This document shows, piece by piece, positions 19,123-30,715 of a stretch of DNA of 64,000 nucleotides. Both the position numbers and the translations under genes were made by a program. Positions within the stretch are counted from its first letter, which is position 1. Each line of letters starts with the position of its first letter. The notes under the pieces were generated by a model. The model made no database searches. It was not told the DNA's origin and was given only the letters and a program-made list of their open reading frames with translations. The stretch comes from an uncultured Candidatus Rokubacteria bacterium. GTDB lineage: Bacteria > Methylomirabilota > Methylomirabilia > Rokubacteriales > DASRDR01. The DNA lies in contig CAVPSB010000028.1 in the NCBI GenBank assembly GCA_963708025.1, positions 40,331-104,330 of the forward strand, read 5' to 3'.

Positions 19123-19929
19123 ATGGGAGCCGCCAATCGGGCCGTGACCTCGCGCGAGTACAAGCTCATGCTGAACGTGGACCGGTTCGCCGATCGCGAG
19201 CGGGGCACGCGCCAGCTCTGGGCCGTGGTCGAGTTCCTCGTCGACAAGGCGGGCGGCGTCGTCGCGGAGCAGCAGGACGAGGAGGAGACCCGGGAGACGT
19301 TCTACCTCGACACCCCGGGATCCGATCTCCGCCAGCGGGGACTGGCGCTCCGGGTCCGGCGCGAGAAGGACAAGAAGAAGCGCAAGGTCACGCTCAAGCT
19401 GCGCGAGGCCGATCGGTACCTGGCGGCGGCGTTCGACCTCCGCACGACCGCCGGGGAGCCCGAGTGGAAGTTCGAGCAGGACATCCTCCCGCCCTTCGCC
19501 GGCGCCTTCGCCCACTCGGTGTCGTTCGAGACGAAGCAGGACCCCGACCTCGCCACCGTCGCGGACCTGGTGGCCCTCTTCCCCGGGCTGCAGAGCCTCG
19601 CGCTCCCGGCGGCCACCGCGGTGGCCACCGTGAACGGCTTCACCGCCCAGGAGGTCGCGCGGAAGCTGGGCAAGCTCCGCTTCGGCGACGCGCCGGTGGT
19701 CAAGGCCATGGCGAGCTTCTGGTACCTGGCCGGCGCCCCCGGCGACTACCCCCTCGTGGCCGAGTTCTCCTTCGACTACGACGCCCCCGGCCCGCCGGAC
19801 GCGCTCGAGCAGTTCCCGCCCCTCGTCGTGCGCGGGGCCAACGACCTGTTCGCCAGCCTCCAGCGGCAGCCGGGGTGGCTCGACCTCTCCGGCACCACCA
19901 AGACCGCCGCCGCCTACGCCAGCTTCTGA
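19123..19929 (+). CDS. CYTH/triphosphate tunnel metalloenzyme-like protein
   Basis: SREYK near the N-terminus, FYLDT..L...GLALRVR, TLKLR, K.E.D, EFSF and a terminal KT. Confidence 0.65.
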   Translation: MGAANRAVTSREYKLMLNVDRFADRERGTRQLWAVVEFLVDKAGGVVAEQQDEEETRETFYLDTPGSDLRQRGLALRVRREKDKKKRKVTLKLREADRYLAAAFDLRTTAGEPEWKFEQDILPPFAGAFAHSVSFETKQDPDLATVADLVALFPGLQSLALPAATAVATVNGFTAQEVARKLGKLRFGDAPVVKAMASFWYLAGAPGDYPLVAEFSFDYDAPGPPDALEQFPPLVVRGANDLFASLQRQPGWLDLSGTTKTAAAYASF

Positions 19930-19947
19930 CGGCCGAGCCCGACGCCC

Positions 19948-20799
19948 CTACGCGCGCAGGCGCGGGTCGAGGGCGTCGCGGACGGCGTCGCCCAGGAAGT
20001 TCAGGCCCAGCACCGTCACGAACAGGGCGGCGCCCGGCCCGAAGACGATCCAGGGGGCCTGCTGGAGGTAGCCGCGGCCGGCGTTGATCATGCTGCCCCA
20101 GGAGGCCTCCGGCGGCTGGATGCCCAGCCCCAGGAAGGAGAGCGAGGCCTCGGCCAGGATCGCGAACGCCACGCTCAGCGACGCCTGGACCACGATCGGC
20201 GTGGCGGCGTTCGGCAGCACGTGGCGCCAGGCGATCCGCCAGCCCGGGGCGCCCAGCACCCGGGCCGCCTCGACGTACTCGCGCGCCCGGATCGTCAGCA
20301 CCTGGCCGCGCATCAGGCGGGCGAAGGTCGGGGTGTAGACCACGCCCAGCGCGATCAGGACGCCGGTCAGGCCCGCCCCGAGCACGCCGCCGAGCGCCAG
20401 CGCCAGCACCAGCGGCGGGAAGGCGAGGACCGCGTCCATGAGCCGCATCAGCAGCCCGTCGGCGCGGCCGCCCCAGTAGCCGGCCAGGAGACCGAGCAGG
20501 CTGCCGGCGACCGCGGCGATGGCCACCGAGACGAAGCCGGCCACCAGCGAGATGCGCGTGCCCCACATCACGCGGGAGAGCACGTCCCGCCCGACGTTGT
20601 CGGTCCCCAGCGGGTGGGTCCGGCCGGGTCGCGCCAGCGAGTTGCCGATCTCCTGCTTGAGCGGGTCGTAGGGCGCCAGCCGCGGCGCCAGCAGCGCGAC
20701 CGCCACCGCCGCCAGCACGACGGCCGCCCCCAGCGGCGCCAGCCGGGCGCCGACCGCCCGGCGGAGCCAGCGCCACCGCTCCCGGGCCGGCCGTCTCAC
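19948..20799 (-). CDS. Peptide ABC transporter permease (DppC/OppC)
   Basis: HPLGTD..GRD, EYVEAA, LSFLGLG and DALDPR. Confidence 0.93.
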   Translation of the reverse strand: MRRPARERWRWLRRAVGARLAPLGAAVVLAAVAVALLAPRLAPYDPLKQEIGNSLARPGRTHPLGTDNVGRDVLSRVMWGTRISLVAGFVSVAIAAVAGSLLGLLAGYWGGRADGLLMRLMDAVLAFPPLVLALALGGVLGAGLTGVLIALGVVYTPTFARLMRGQVLTIRAREYVEAARVLGAPGWRIAWRHVLPNAATPIVVQASLSVAFAILAEASLSFLGLGIQPPEASWGSMINAGRGYLQQAPWIVFGPGAALFVTVLGLNFLGDAVRDALDPRLRA

Positions 20800-20827
20800 C
20801 AGCCCGGCCGGATGCGCGATCGACCGC

Positions 20828-21772
20828 TCAGCGATACCGGATCCTCGGATCGAGCCAGCCGTAGACGACGTTGACCGCCAGGTTCGACAGGATGAAGCCC
20901 ACGGCGATCAGCAGGACCACGCCCTGCACCAGCGGGTAGTCCCGGGCGAAGACCGCGTCGACCACCAGGCGGCCGACGCCGGGCAGCGCGAACACGTACT
21001 CCGTGATCACCGCGCCGCCGATCAGCGTCCCGAGCTGGAGCCCGAGCAGGGTGACGACCGGGATCAGGCTGTTCTTCAGGGCGTGACGGGTCAGCACCGC
21101 CGGCTCGGACAGCCCCTTCGCCCGCGCCGTGCGGACGTAGTCCTCCGAGAGCGCCTCCAGCAGGCTGGAGCGCAGCGTTCGCGCGATCACCGCCGCCAGC
21201 GCCAGGCCCAGGGTGATGGCCGGCAGCGTCAGCGACCGGAGGCCGCGCACCGGCTCCTCGAGCGGATCGGTGTAGCCGGAGATCGGCAGCCAGCGCAGCG
21301 TCACGCCGAAGAAGAAGATCAGCAGCAGGGCGATGAGGAAGTTGGGCATGCAGATGCCGAACAGCGCGAACGTGGTGCCGGCGCCGTCGACGGCCGTGTT
21401 GTGACGGGCGGCCGAGAGGATCCCCACCGGGAAGGCCACCAGCAGGGCGATGATCGTCGCGAACAGGGCGAGCTCCAGGCTGGGCCGGAGGCGGCGGCCG
21501 ACGTTCTCGATGACGGGCTCACGATTGCGGATCGACCTCCCGAGGTCGCCCTGCAGCAGCCGGCCCATCCAGGCGAGGTACTGGACGTGGATGGGCTGGT
21601 CCAGCCCGAGCTCCCGCCGCAGGGTCGCCTTCACGGTGGCGTTGACCGACTCCGCCATCATGGCGTCGATCGGATCGCCCGGCGTCAGGTGCACCAGCGA
21701 GAACACCCCGGCCGTGACGAACAGCAGGACCGGGATGGCGGCGAGCAGGCGGTGGAGGACGAAGCGACCCAT
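20828..21772 (-). CDS. Peptide ABC transporter permease (DppB/OppB)
   Basis: PGDP, GDLGRS, DYVRTARAKGL, RDYP and LDPRI. Confidence 0.93.
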   Translation of the reverse strand: MGRFVLHRLLAAIPVLLFVTAGVFSLVHLTPGDPIDAMMAESVNATVKATLRRELGLDQPIHVQYLAWMGRLLQGDLGRSIRNREPVIENVGRRLRPSLELALFATIIALLVAFPVGILSAARHNTAVDGAGTTFALFGICMPNFLIALLLIFFFGVTLRWLPISGYTDPLEEPVRGLRSLTLPAITLGLALAAVIARTLRSSLLEALSEDYVRTARAKGLSEPAVLTRHALKNSLIPVVTLLGLQLGTLIGGAVITEYVFALPGVGRLVVDAVFARDYPLVQGVVLLIAVGFILSNLAVNVVYGWLDPRIRYR

Positions 21773-21816
21773 GGCGCGCCGCCGTCAGTTGACAGGGGCG
21801 TCGCGGGGCGTGCGGC

Positions 21817-23403
21817 CTACCTCAGCCACACATCCTTGAACCGCATCATCCCGTCGGGGATCGGCTCGTAGCCCTGGACCTTCGGGCTGAAGGCCTTCGG
21901 CTCGATCGGGTGGACGATGAACAGGATCGGCAGCTCCTCGTGGAGGATGCGCGTCAGCTCGCTGTAGAGCTTCTTCCGCTCGGCCCGGTCGGAGACCTCC
22001 CGGGTCTTGTCCAGCAGCGCGTCGATCCGCGGGTTGGAGATGCCGGACCAGTTCAGCGACACGCCCTGGGTGGTCTTGAAGAACTGGAAGATGTTGCCGT
22101 CGGGGTCCGGGCGGCCGCTCCACTGGTACTGGATCAGCTCGAAGTTCTTGTTGTTCCCGTCCGTGAGGAGCGTGGCGGAGTTGACCAGCTTGATCTTCAT
22201 CGTGATGCCGGCCTCGGCGAGCTGGGCCTGCATCACCTCGGCCTCCTGGACGTTGATCGGGATGTTGTTCGTGGTCATGCTGAAGGTGAGCCCGCCGGGC
22301 TGGCCGCTCTCAGCCAGCTTGGCCTTGGACCGGGCGAGATCCCGCTTGATCGGGGGGATGGTGTTGTCGTAGGCCCAGCTGGTGGGCGGGATCGGGCCGT
22401 TCGACGGCACGCCGACGTTCAGCCAGACCCCCTTCACGATCTGCTCGAGGTCCAGGGCGGAGGCGACCGCCTGGCGCAGCGCCTTGTTGGCGAACGGCGG
22501 CTTCGTATGGTTGAACTGATACCCGAAGGAGGCCAGCGACGGGACGTCCACCACCACCAGGCTCTTGTCGGCCTTGGCCGCCGCCACGTCGCGCGGCTGG
22601 ATGTAATCGATCACGTCGATCTCGCCGGTCTGCAGGCTCTGCAGCTTGACGGTGTCCTCCGGAATCGGCCGGTAGCGGATCTGGTCCAGGTAGGGGCCGC
22701 CCTGCTTGTTCCAGTAGCCGTCGTGGCGCTTGAGCAGGATGTGATCGTCCTTGACCCACTCGACGAACTCGAACGGCCCGGTGCCGGCCCCCTTGGCGTT
22801 GCGCTCGAGGTCGGGGCCGCGCTCCTGGACGACCTTGGGGGAGACCATCATGCCGGCGCGATCGGTCAGCGTCGCCAGCAGCGCCGCGTCCGGCCGCCGC
22901 AGGTTGAGCTTGATGGTGTAGGGGTCGACCACGTCCACCGACTCGATGCTGGCCACCTCGCCCTTGCGGACCGACCTCGGCTCGGTCTTCATCCGGTTGA
23001 AGTTGAAGCGGGCCGCCTCGGCGTTGAAGTCGGTCCCGTCGTGGAACTTCACCCCCCGGCGCAGCTTGAAGATGAGCGTCTTGGGATCCGGCTGCTGCCA
23101 GGATTCGGCCAGGCCGGGCTTGATCCCGAGCTTGACGTCCAGGACCACCAGCGGCTCGTAGAGGTTGTGGTAGACTTGCCGGTCGATCTTGCTGCCGGAC
23201 AAGTGGGGATCCATGGTGGCGGCCTCGATGTAGAAGCCGACCCGGAGGGTGCCGCCCTTCCGGGGAGCGGGCGCCTGCTGGGCGCGAGCGGCCGGCGCCC
23301 CCTGGAGCCCCCAGGCCAGCCCGCCGGACGTGACGGCCGACAGCCAGAGGAAACGGCGGCGGGACAGCTCTCGCGCGTTCCGGTCCGGGTCGGTCGATGC
23401 CAT
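21817..23403 (-). CDS. Peptide ABC transporter substrate-binding protein (family 5) with Tat signal
   Basis: SRRRFL twin-arginine motif, LRRGVKFHDG and GTGPF. Confidence 0.93.
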   Translation of the reverse strand: MASTDPDRNARELSRRRFLWLSAVTSGGLAWGLQGAPAARAQQAPAPRKGGTLRVGFYIEAATMDPHLSGSKIDRQVYHNLYEPLVVLDVKLGIKPGLAESWQQPDPKTLIFKLRRGVKFHDGTDFNAEAARFNFNRMKTEPRSVRKGEVASIESVDVVDPYTIKLNLRRPDAALLATLTDRAGMMVSPKVVQERGPDLERNAKGAGTGPFEFVEWVKDDHILLKRHDGYWNKQGGPYLDQIRYRPIPEDTVKLQSLQTGEIDVIDYIQPRDVAAAKADKSLVVVDVPSLASFGYQFNHTKPPFANKALRQAVASALDLEQIVKGVWLNVGVPSNGPIPPTSWAYDNTIPPIKRDLARSKAKLAESGQPGGLTFSMTTNNIPINVQEAEVMQAQLAEAGITMKIKLVNSATLLTDGNNKNFELIQYQWSGRPDPDGNIFQFFKTTQGVSLNWSGISNPRIDALLDKTREVSDRAERKKLYSELTRILHEELPILFIVHPIEPKAFSPKVQGYEPIPDGMMRFKDVWLR

Positions 23404-23629
23404 CGTCGGATCCCCCTCTCAGTCGGTCCGTCCGGTCTCCGGCCGTGATGCGTGATCCGCAGACCGCCGGGCGGCGCGCCGCGCGACGTTCGCTTCCGTG
23501 GGCCGAGGGTAGCCCACCCCGTTCGCCGATACAAGCCAGCCATCCGCCCTCCGACCTCCCGAACTGTGCTATGGTGGCCGGCGACGCTCGATGCCCCGAA
23601 CCACCCGCATACCCGAGGAGGCCTCGACC

Positions 23630-24931
23630 ATGTTCCACCGATGCGCTCCAGACGCGGCTCGCTGCCTGCGGGCCCTCGGTCTCGCCCTGGTGGTGCTCAG
23701 CCTGGCCGCCGGCGGGGCGGAGGCGGAGACCCGGCTCAAGTTCATCGTCTGGAACTACCAGGTGGACACCGTGAAGGAGTTCGTCACCCAGTTCGAGGCC
23801 GAGAACCCCGACGTGAAGGTGGACATGGAAGTGATCCCGTCCGCCCAGTACGCGGCCAAGATCCGCCTGATGAAGAACGCCAACACCCCGTTCGACGCCC
23901 TCTACGTCTTCGACCACATCCTCTCCCAGTGGGCGGCCTGGCTCGAGCCGCTCGACGGCTACGACGGGGCGGACGCGCTCAAGAAGACGATGCTGCCGCT
24001 GGCCCGGCAGTCGATGACGTACAACGGGAAGCTCTACGGCCTGCCCTACTACACGAGCTACTTCGGCATCATCTACAACGAGAGGATGCTCAAGGCGGCC
24101 GGCTTCGACGGGCCGCCCAAGACGTACGAGGAGTGGAGCCAGCAGGCCCGGGCGATCAAGGCCAAGGGCCTGAGCAAGACGCCGATGATCTGGCCCGTGA
24201 AGCACACGGGCTGGGGCGGCATGTGGGTCGTCAACGCGATGGCGGCCTCCCGGGGCGGCAAGGTGCTGGACGACCAGCTCGCCGTGACGCCGGTCGCCCT
24301 GGAGTCGCTCCGGTGGTGGGCCGGCACTTACAAGGAAGGGCTCTCGGATCCCAACGGGCTCGAGCTGGACTCCAACGAGTCGGCCCGCGCGTTCCAGAGC
24401 GGTGACTACGCCACGATCCTCACCGCCAACTTCTTCGCCGGCGCCCAGTGGGCGAACGACAAGGAAAAGTCGAAGGTGGCGGGGGTGGCCAAGCTCGGAC
24501 CGTTGCCCGAGCGGCGGCGGACGGTGGGCTTCGCCCGGCTCTACGGGGTGAGCGCGACGAGCGCCCACAAGCCCGAGGCCTGGCGGCTGGTCAGGTTCCT
24601 GGGCGGCACCGCCAAGTCGGGCGACTACGTGACGCCCAAGCAGTGGGTGGCCAAGGGTGCCCTGACCTGGGGGCATCGCGGGGTCGAGAAGGACGCGGTC
24701 GTGGTGGCCTCGCTCCGCTCGTGGGGCGCCGACCCCGCCGACGTCGCCGCCAACCTGGAGAACGCGGTCCACATGAGCGAGGTGGTTCCGTTCCAGGCCC
24801 CGTGGTACGCCGAGTGGGAGCTGTACGCGAACGGCGTGCTGCAGAACGTCCTCGGCGGCCGGACCTCGCCCGAGGAGGCCGCCCAGCTCTGGACGGCCAA
24901 GGCGAAGGAGCTGGCGGCCCGGTACAAGTAG
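23630..24931 (+). CDS. Sugar-type ABC transporter substrate-binding protein
   Basis: Signal peptide, FEAENPDVKV and GKLYGLPYY...YN; SD GGAGG. Confidence 0.9.
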   Translation: MFHRCAPDAARCLRALGLALVVLSLAAGGAEAETRLKFIVWNYQVDTVKEFVTQFEAENPDVKVDMEVIPSAQYAAKIRLMKNANTPFDALYVFDHILSQWAAWLEPLDGYDGADALKKTMLPLARQSMTYNGKLYGLPYYTSYFGIIYNERMLKAAGFDGPPKTYEEWSQQARAIKAKGLSKTPMIWPVKHTGWGGMWVVNAMAASRGGKVLDDQLAVTPVALESLRWWAGTYKEGLSDPNGLELDSNESARAFQSGDYATILTANFFAGAQWANDKEKSKVAGVAKLGPLPERRRTVGFARLYGVSATSAHKPEAWRLVRFLGGTAKSGDYVTPKQWVAKGALTWGHRGVEKDAVVVASLRSWGADPADVAANLENAVHMSEVVPFQAPWYAEWELYANGVLQNVLGGRTSPEEAAQLWTAKAKELAARYK

Positions 24932-24939
24932 TCAGCGGC

Positions 24940-25827
24940 GTGCCGGCGCCGGGCAGCCGCGCTCGCCGGGAGCCGTGGCTCTGGGCGCTGAACCTCCCGG
25001 CCGTCGTCCTGGTCCTGGCCTTCAGCGTGCTGCCGATCGTCTACGTCGGCTGGCTCAGCGTCCAGGACCTGCGGGCCGGCGTCGCGACGAGTGGACCGGC
25101 GGGCTGGGCCAACTACCGCTTCGTGCTGGCCGACGCCTCGGTCGCCACCGCGCTCCGGAACACCCTCTACTTCTCGGCGCTCTCGGTGGCCGTGGCGACG
25201 CTCCTCGGGCTGGGCATCGCGCTCCTCCTCGACAGCCGGGCCCCGGGCGCCGGCTGGCTCGTCATGGGCGCCGTCCTGCCCTGGGCCATTCCCGAGATCG
25301 TGAACGCCCTCATGTGGCAGTGGATCTACAACCCGACCTACGGCGCCCTCAACGGCCTGCTCGTCTCGCTCGGGGCGCTGGACCACTACCGGGCGTGGCT
25401 CAGCACGCCGGCCTCCGCCATGCACGCCATCGTCTTCGCGTACGCCTGGAAGCTCGTGCCCTTCGTGGTGATCATCCTGTACGCGGCCCTGCGCTCGGTG
25501 CCGGCCGAGGTCTACGAGTCGGCGCAGCTCGACGGCGCCGGTGACTGGGGGCAGCTCCGCCACGTCACCCTTCCGCTCATCGCGCCGGCCATCGCGGTAG
25601 CCGTGGTCTTCTGCGTCGTGTGGTCGATGCGGGCCTTCGACGTCGTCTACCTCCTGACCAAGGGTGGGCCCGGCGAGGCGACGACCCTCCTCAGCTATCT
25701 CACGTTCACCAAGGCCTTCGAGTTCGGCGACCTGGGAGCCGGGGCCGCCATCGCCTGCATCCTGGCCGCCGTCACCCTGGCCATGACCCTGGTTTACCTG
25801 CGGGTCCTGCCGGAGGGCGCTCGGTGA
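24940..25827 (+). CDS. Carbohydrate ABC transporter permease (MalF/UgpA-like)
   Basis: NY..L, LPWAIP, YESAQLDGA loop and TKGGP. Confidence 0.9.
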   Translation: MPAPGSRARREPWLWALNLPAVVLVLAFSVLPIVYVGWLSVQDLRAGVATSGPAGWANYRFVLADASVATALRNTLYFSALSVAVATLLGLGIALLLDSRAPGAGWLVMGAVLPWAIPEIVNALMWQWIYNPTYGALNGLLVSLGALDHYRAWLSTPASAMHAIVFAYAWKLVPFVVIILYAALRSVPAEVYESAQLDGAGDWGQLRHVTLPLIAPAIAVAVVFCVVWSMRAFDVVYLLTKGGPGEATTLLSYLTFTKAFEFGDLGAGAAIACILAAVTLAMTLVYLRVLPEGAR

Positions 25828-26705
25828 GGGGCGGTGGATGGCCGCGGCGGGTGACGCTGGCCGCCCTGGTGGCACTGAGCCTGCTCTACCTCCTGGCCCC
25901 GCCCGCGTGGATGCTCCTGTCGAGCATCTCCCCCGACCGGGAGCTGACGACCCGACCCCCCCGCTGGATCCCGTCCGCGCCGACCGCCGGGCACTACCGG
26001 ACCCTCTTCCAGCTCCCGGGACTCGACCGGCAGGTACTCGACCGGAACCCGCAGGTCCGGGCCTTCCCGCGGTCGCTCCTGAACAGCACGATCATCGCGC
26101 TCGGCACGGTGGCACTCTGCCTCGGCTTCGGCACCGTCTCCGCCTACTCGCTCTCCCGCTTCGTCCGCCGGCGGGTCCGTCGCGTGCTGCTGCTCGGCCT
26201 CCTGGCAACCCGGATGATCCCGGTCGTCTCGATCCTCATCCCGGTCTACCTGGGGCTCCAGCGGCTCGGACTCCTCAACACGCTCAGCGGTCTCGTCCTC
26301 GCCTATGCCGGCCTGCTGCTGCCCTTCGTCATCTGGATCCTGGAGGGCTTCTACCGGGACTTCCCCGCCGAGCTGGAGGAGGCGGCGGCCATGGACGGGT
26401 GCACGCGGCTCGGGACCTTCCTCCGGATCGTCTTGCCCCTGTCGACCAACTCGCTGTTCGCGGCCGGCGCCTTCGCCTTCATCGCCAGCTGGTCGGACTT
26501 CATCGTGGGCCTGGTCCTGACCACGTCCGAGGCGGCGTGGCCGATCTCCGTCGTGCTCGCGCAATCGCTGAACCCGATCTCGGAGCCAAGCTGGGGGCTG
26601 CTCAACGGCGCCGGCCTGGTGGCGGCGCTGGTGCCGGCGATCCTGGCCTTCGTCCTGCGCCGGACGGTGATGCGCGGCATGCTCTCGGGCGCCTTGAAAG
26701 GCTAG
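25824..26705 (+). CDS. Carbohydrate ABC transporter permease (MalG/UgpE-like)
   Basis: LEEAAAMDG and the C-terminal GMLSGALKG; GTGA overlap with the upstream gene. Confidence 0.9.
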   Translation: MRGGGWPRRVTLAALVALSLLYLLAPPAWMLLSSISPDRELTTRPPRWIPSAPTAGHYRTLFQLPGLDRQVLDRNPQVRAFPRSLLNSTIIALGTVALCLGFGTVSAYSLSRFVRRRVRRVLLLGLLATRMIPVVSILIPVYLGLQRLGLLNTLSGLVLAYAGLLLPFVIWILEGFYRDFPAELEEAAAMDGCTRLGTFLRIVLPLSTNSLFAAGAFAFIASWSDFIVGLVLTTSEAAWPISVVLAQSLNPISEPSWGLLNGAGLVAALVPAILAFVLRRTVMRGMLSGALKG

Positions 26706-26830
26706 GGGCGGGGCCGATGAGCGTCGCATGGCGTCGTCCTCGGTCCTCGCCGATCCTCGGCGTACAAGGAGTACGCCTGCGGTCGGCGAGTCCCTGCGTC
26801 CTAGCGCTGCTCGCTCCTCGGCCCCGCCCC
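26705..26830 (+). repeat. 126-bp structured hairpin repeat, family A copy 1
   Basis: Perfect 13-bp terminal inverted repeat GGGGCGGGGCCGA/TCGGCCCCGCCCC with nested stems; about 112/126 identical (hand alignment) to the reverse complement of 32884-33009. Confidence 0.85.
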
Positions 26831-26900
26831 GAGAACCTGACTCATCTGCCATGACTTTGGCGACTCGAGGAACCTAGCAACCGGACCGGGGGGAGACGGA

Positions 26901-27569
26901 ATGCCCATCGAGCTGGTGACGGTGACCACCGCCGACGGCGTCGAGCTGGACGGCGCCCTCTACGAGCCCCGCGGAGAGCGACCGCGGGGCGCCATCCTCA
27001 TGGTGCACGGCCTCACCTGGAACTTCTACCGGGGACCGTCCCGATGGCTCCCACCCCGGCTCGCCGATGCCGGGTACGCCTGCCTGTCGCTCAACATGCG
27101 GGACCACGATCTCCAGGAGCCGAAAGACTTCGCGCTGTCCCACCACGACATCAGGGCCGGGGTGGATCACCTGACCGGGCTCGGCCTCGGCGAGGTGGCG
27201 ATCGTGGCCCACGGCTACGCCTGCAACAAGGTCGCCTGCTACCCGGGCTGGTCGGGCGACCCGCGGGTCCGCCACCACGTCCTGACCACGCTCGGCGCGG
27301 TCAAGGCGTACCGTCCCGACATCTGGGATTCGGTGCTGCGGCAGGCGTCCCGGCTCGCCGGCCGGGTGCTCGTCGTGCAGGGCGCCGTCGATCCGCTGAT
27401 CCAGGCGGCCGACCGGGCCGCCGAGCTGCGGGCCGCCGCCACCGGCGCCCGCGCCGACGTCGTGCTCCTCGAGGGCGGAAACCACTACTTCGACGGCCGG
27501 CACGCGGAGCTGGCCGCGTGCATCGTGGCCTGGCTGGCGGCGGCCGAGCGCGAGCCGGCGCGACCTTGA
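26901..27569 (+). CDS. Alpha/beta-hydrolase-fold protein lacking the nucleophile serine
   Basis: VHGL oxyanion region, QGAVD and GGNHYF; AHGYA occupies the expected GHSxG position. Confidence 0.7.
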   Translation: MPIELVTVTTADGVELDGALYEPRGERPRGAILMVHGLTWNFYRGPSRWLPPRLADAGYACLSLNMRDHDLQEPKDFALSHHDIRAGVDHLTGLGLGEVAIVAHGYACNKVACYPGWSGDPRVRHHVLTTLGAVKAYRPDIWDSVLRQASRLAGRVLVVQGAVDPLIQAADRAAELRAAATGARADVVLLEGGNHYFDGRHAELAACIVAWLAAAEREPARP

Positions 27570-27632
27570 CGGGTCGCGAACGCCCACGGTAGGCTCCGCT
27601 CGACCGAAGGGCCCCGCTCGATTGGAGGACTT

Positions 27633-28532
27633 ATGGAGCGCGACTTCGTCGGCTACGGCGCGGAGCCGCCGGCCGTCCGCTGGCCCGGCGATGCCCGGAT
27701 CGCCGTCAACCTCGTGGTGAACTACGAGGAAGGCTCGGAGAACCGGTTCGAGGACGGCTGCGCGCGCCGGGAGACCGCCGGCGAGGTGGCCTCGCAGGTT
27801 CCCCTGGATCCGCCGCAGCGCGACCTCGCCAACGAGTCCATGTTCGAGTACGGAAGCCGCGCCGGGGTGTGGCGCCTCCTCCGCCTGTTCGACCGGTACG
27901 AGGTGAAGGGGACGTTCTTCGCCTGCGCGGTCGCGCTGGAGCGGAATCCGGCGGTGGGCCGGGCGATCACCGCCCGCGGCCACGACGTGCTCGCCCACGG
28001 CAACCGCTGGCAGGAGCACTTCCTCCTCGACCGGGAGGCCGAGCGCGCGGCCATCCAGCGCGCGGTCCGGGTGATCGAGGCCGCCACCGGGCAGAAGCCC
28101 GCGGGCTGGTACTGCCGCTACGGCCCCAGCGTGAACACGCGGGAGCTGGTCGTCGCCTCCGGCCACTTCCTCTACGACTCCGACGCCTACAACGACGACC
28201 TCCCCTACTACGTGCGCGTCCAGGGGAAGCCGTGGCTGGTCGTCCCCTACACCCTCGACACCAACGACGCCCGCTTCTGGCGCGGCGGCCTCGACACCGG
28301 CCAGGACTTCTTCGAGTACCTCCGCGACAGCTTCGACGTGCTGTACGAGGAGGGCGCGACCCACCCCAGGCTCATGTCGGTCGGGCTCCACTGCCGCATC
28401 GTCGGCCGTCCCGGCCGGACGCGCGGGCTCGAGCGCTTCCTCGCGCATGCCCGCGAGCGCCCCGGGGTCTGGTTCGCCCGTCGCGGCGAGATCGCGCGCT
28501 GGTGGCTCGAGCGGCACCCGCCGTCGGCGTGA
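27633..28532 (+). CDS. Polysaccharide deacetylase family, PuuE-type allantoinase-like
   Basis: RDFVGYG, VVNYEEG, EYGSRAG.WR, YDSD.Y.DDLPY and GLHCRIVGRPGR. Confidence 0.88.
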   Translation: MERDFVGYGAEPPAVRWPGDARIAVNLVVNYEEGSENRFEDGCARRETAGEVASQVPLDPPQRDLANESMFEYGSRAGVWRLLRLFDRYEVKGTFFACAVALERNPAVGRAITARGHDVLAHGNRWQEHFLLDREAERAAIQRAVRVIEAATGQKPAGWYCRYGPSVNTRELVVASGHFLYDSDAYNDDLPYYVRVQGKPWLVVPYTLDTNDARFWRGGLDTGQDFFEYLRDSFDVLYEEGATHPRLMSVGLHCRIVGRPGRTRGLERFLAHARERPGVWFARRGEIARWWLERHPPSA

Positions 28533-29504
28533 CGGGCGAGGTCGTCCTGGACGTCCGGGACCTCCGGACGTCCTTCTTCACGCGACGGGGCGTCGGGAAG
28601 GCCGTGGATGGGGTCAGCTTCACGCTGCGCCGCGGCGAGACGCTCGGGCTCGTCGGGGAGTCGGGCTGCGGGAAGAGCATGACCTGCCTCTCCATCCTGC
28701 GGCTCAACCCACGGCCGGCCTCCCGCATCGTCGGCGGCCAGGTCCTCTTCCGGGGCGAGGACCTCCTCGCGAAGTCCGAGTCCGAGATGCGGCGCTACCG
28801 CGGCCGGCACCTGGCGATGATCCTCCAGGACCCGATGACCGCGCTCAATCCCGTCTTCACCGTCGGCAACCAGCTCGCCGAGCCGCTGCGCCTCCACCAG
28901 CGCCTCTCGGGCCGGGCGCTCTGGCAGCGGGCGGCCGAGGCGATGCGGCTCGTGCGCATCCCGGCCCCCGAAGCCCGCCTCCGCGCCTACCCACACCAGA
29001 TGAGTGGCGGCATGCGCCAGCGCGCGGTCGGCGCCATCGCGCTCTCCTGCGGCCCGGACGTGCTGATCGCCGACGAGCCCACCACCGCCCTCGACGTGAC
29101 GATCCAGGCCGCCTACCTCGCCTTGTTGAAGGAGATCCAGGCGCGCGTGGGTCTGTCGATCCTGTTCGTCACCCACGACTTCGGGGTCGTGGCGCGCATG
29201 TGCGACCGGGTGGCGGTGATGTACGCGGGGAAGATCGTCGAGCTGGCGGACGCCCGGTCCCTCTTCGAGCGGCCGGCCCATCCCTACACCGAGGCGCTGC
29301 TCCGGTCCGTGCCGAACGTCCAGGCGCGCGTCGAGCGTCTCGACTCGATCGAGGGCCAGCCGCCCTCCCTCTTCGACCCGGCGCCCGGCTGCCCCTTCGC
29401 CCCCCGCTGCCCCCACGTCGAGCCGCGCTGCCGCGAGGCCTATCCGCCGGAGCGGACGGTGGCCCCCGGGCAGACGGTCGGCCTGCTGGCGCCACGTGCC
29501 GTGA
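28529..29504 (+). CDS. Peptide ABC transporter ATP-binding protein (OppD/DppD); +1 frameshift near 29480
   Basis: [25 protein letters not shown] and GCPFAPRCP; the terminal VACW is in the shifted frame. Confidence 0.9.
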
Positions 29505-29549
29505 GAGCGTGGGAAGGAATCCGGTCGTCCGGCCCCCCCTCCCCGGTGG

Positions 29550-30578
<1,029 letters not shown>

Positions 30579-30715
30579 TCCGGCGGCGTCCGCTCGACGA
30601 CCCGACTGCTCGCGATCCCCTTGACGCGACGGCCGACCGGCGCCAAGGTACTCGGTGCCGACGCGGTGGGCGAGCGTCGCCACCAACCCAGCGCTGACCA
30701 TCGAGGAGGCAGCCC

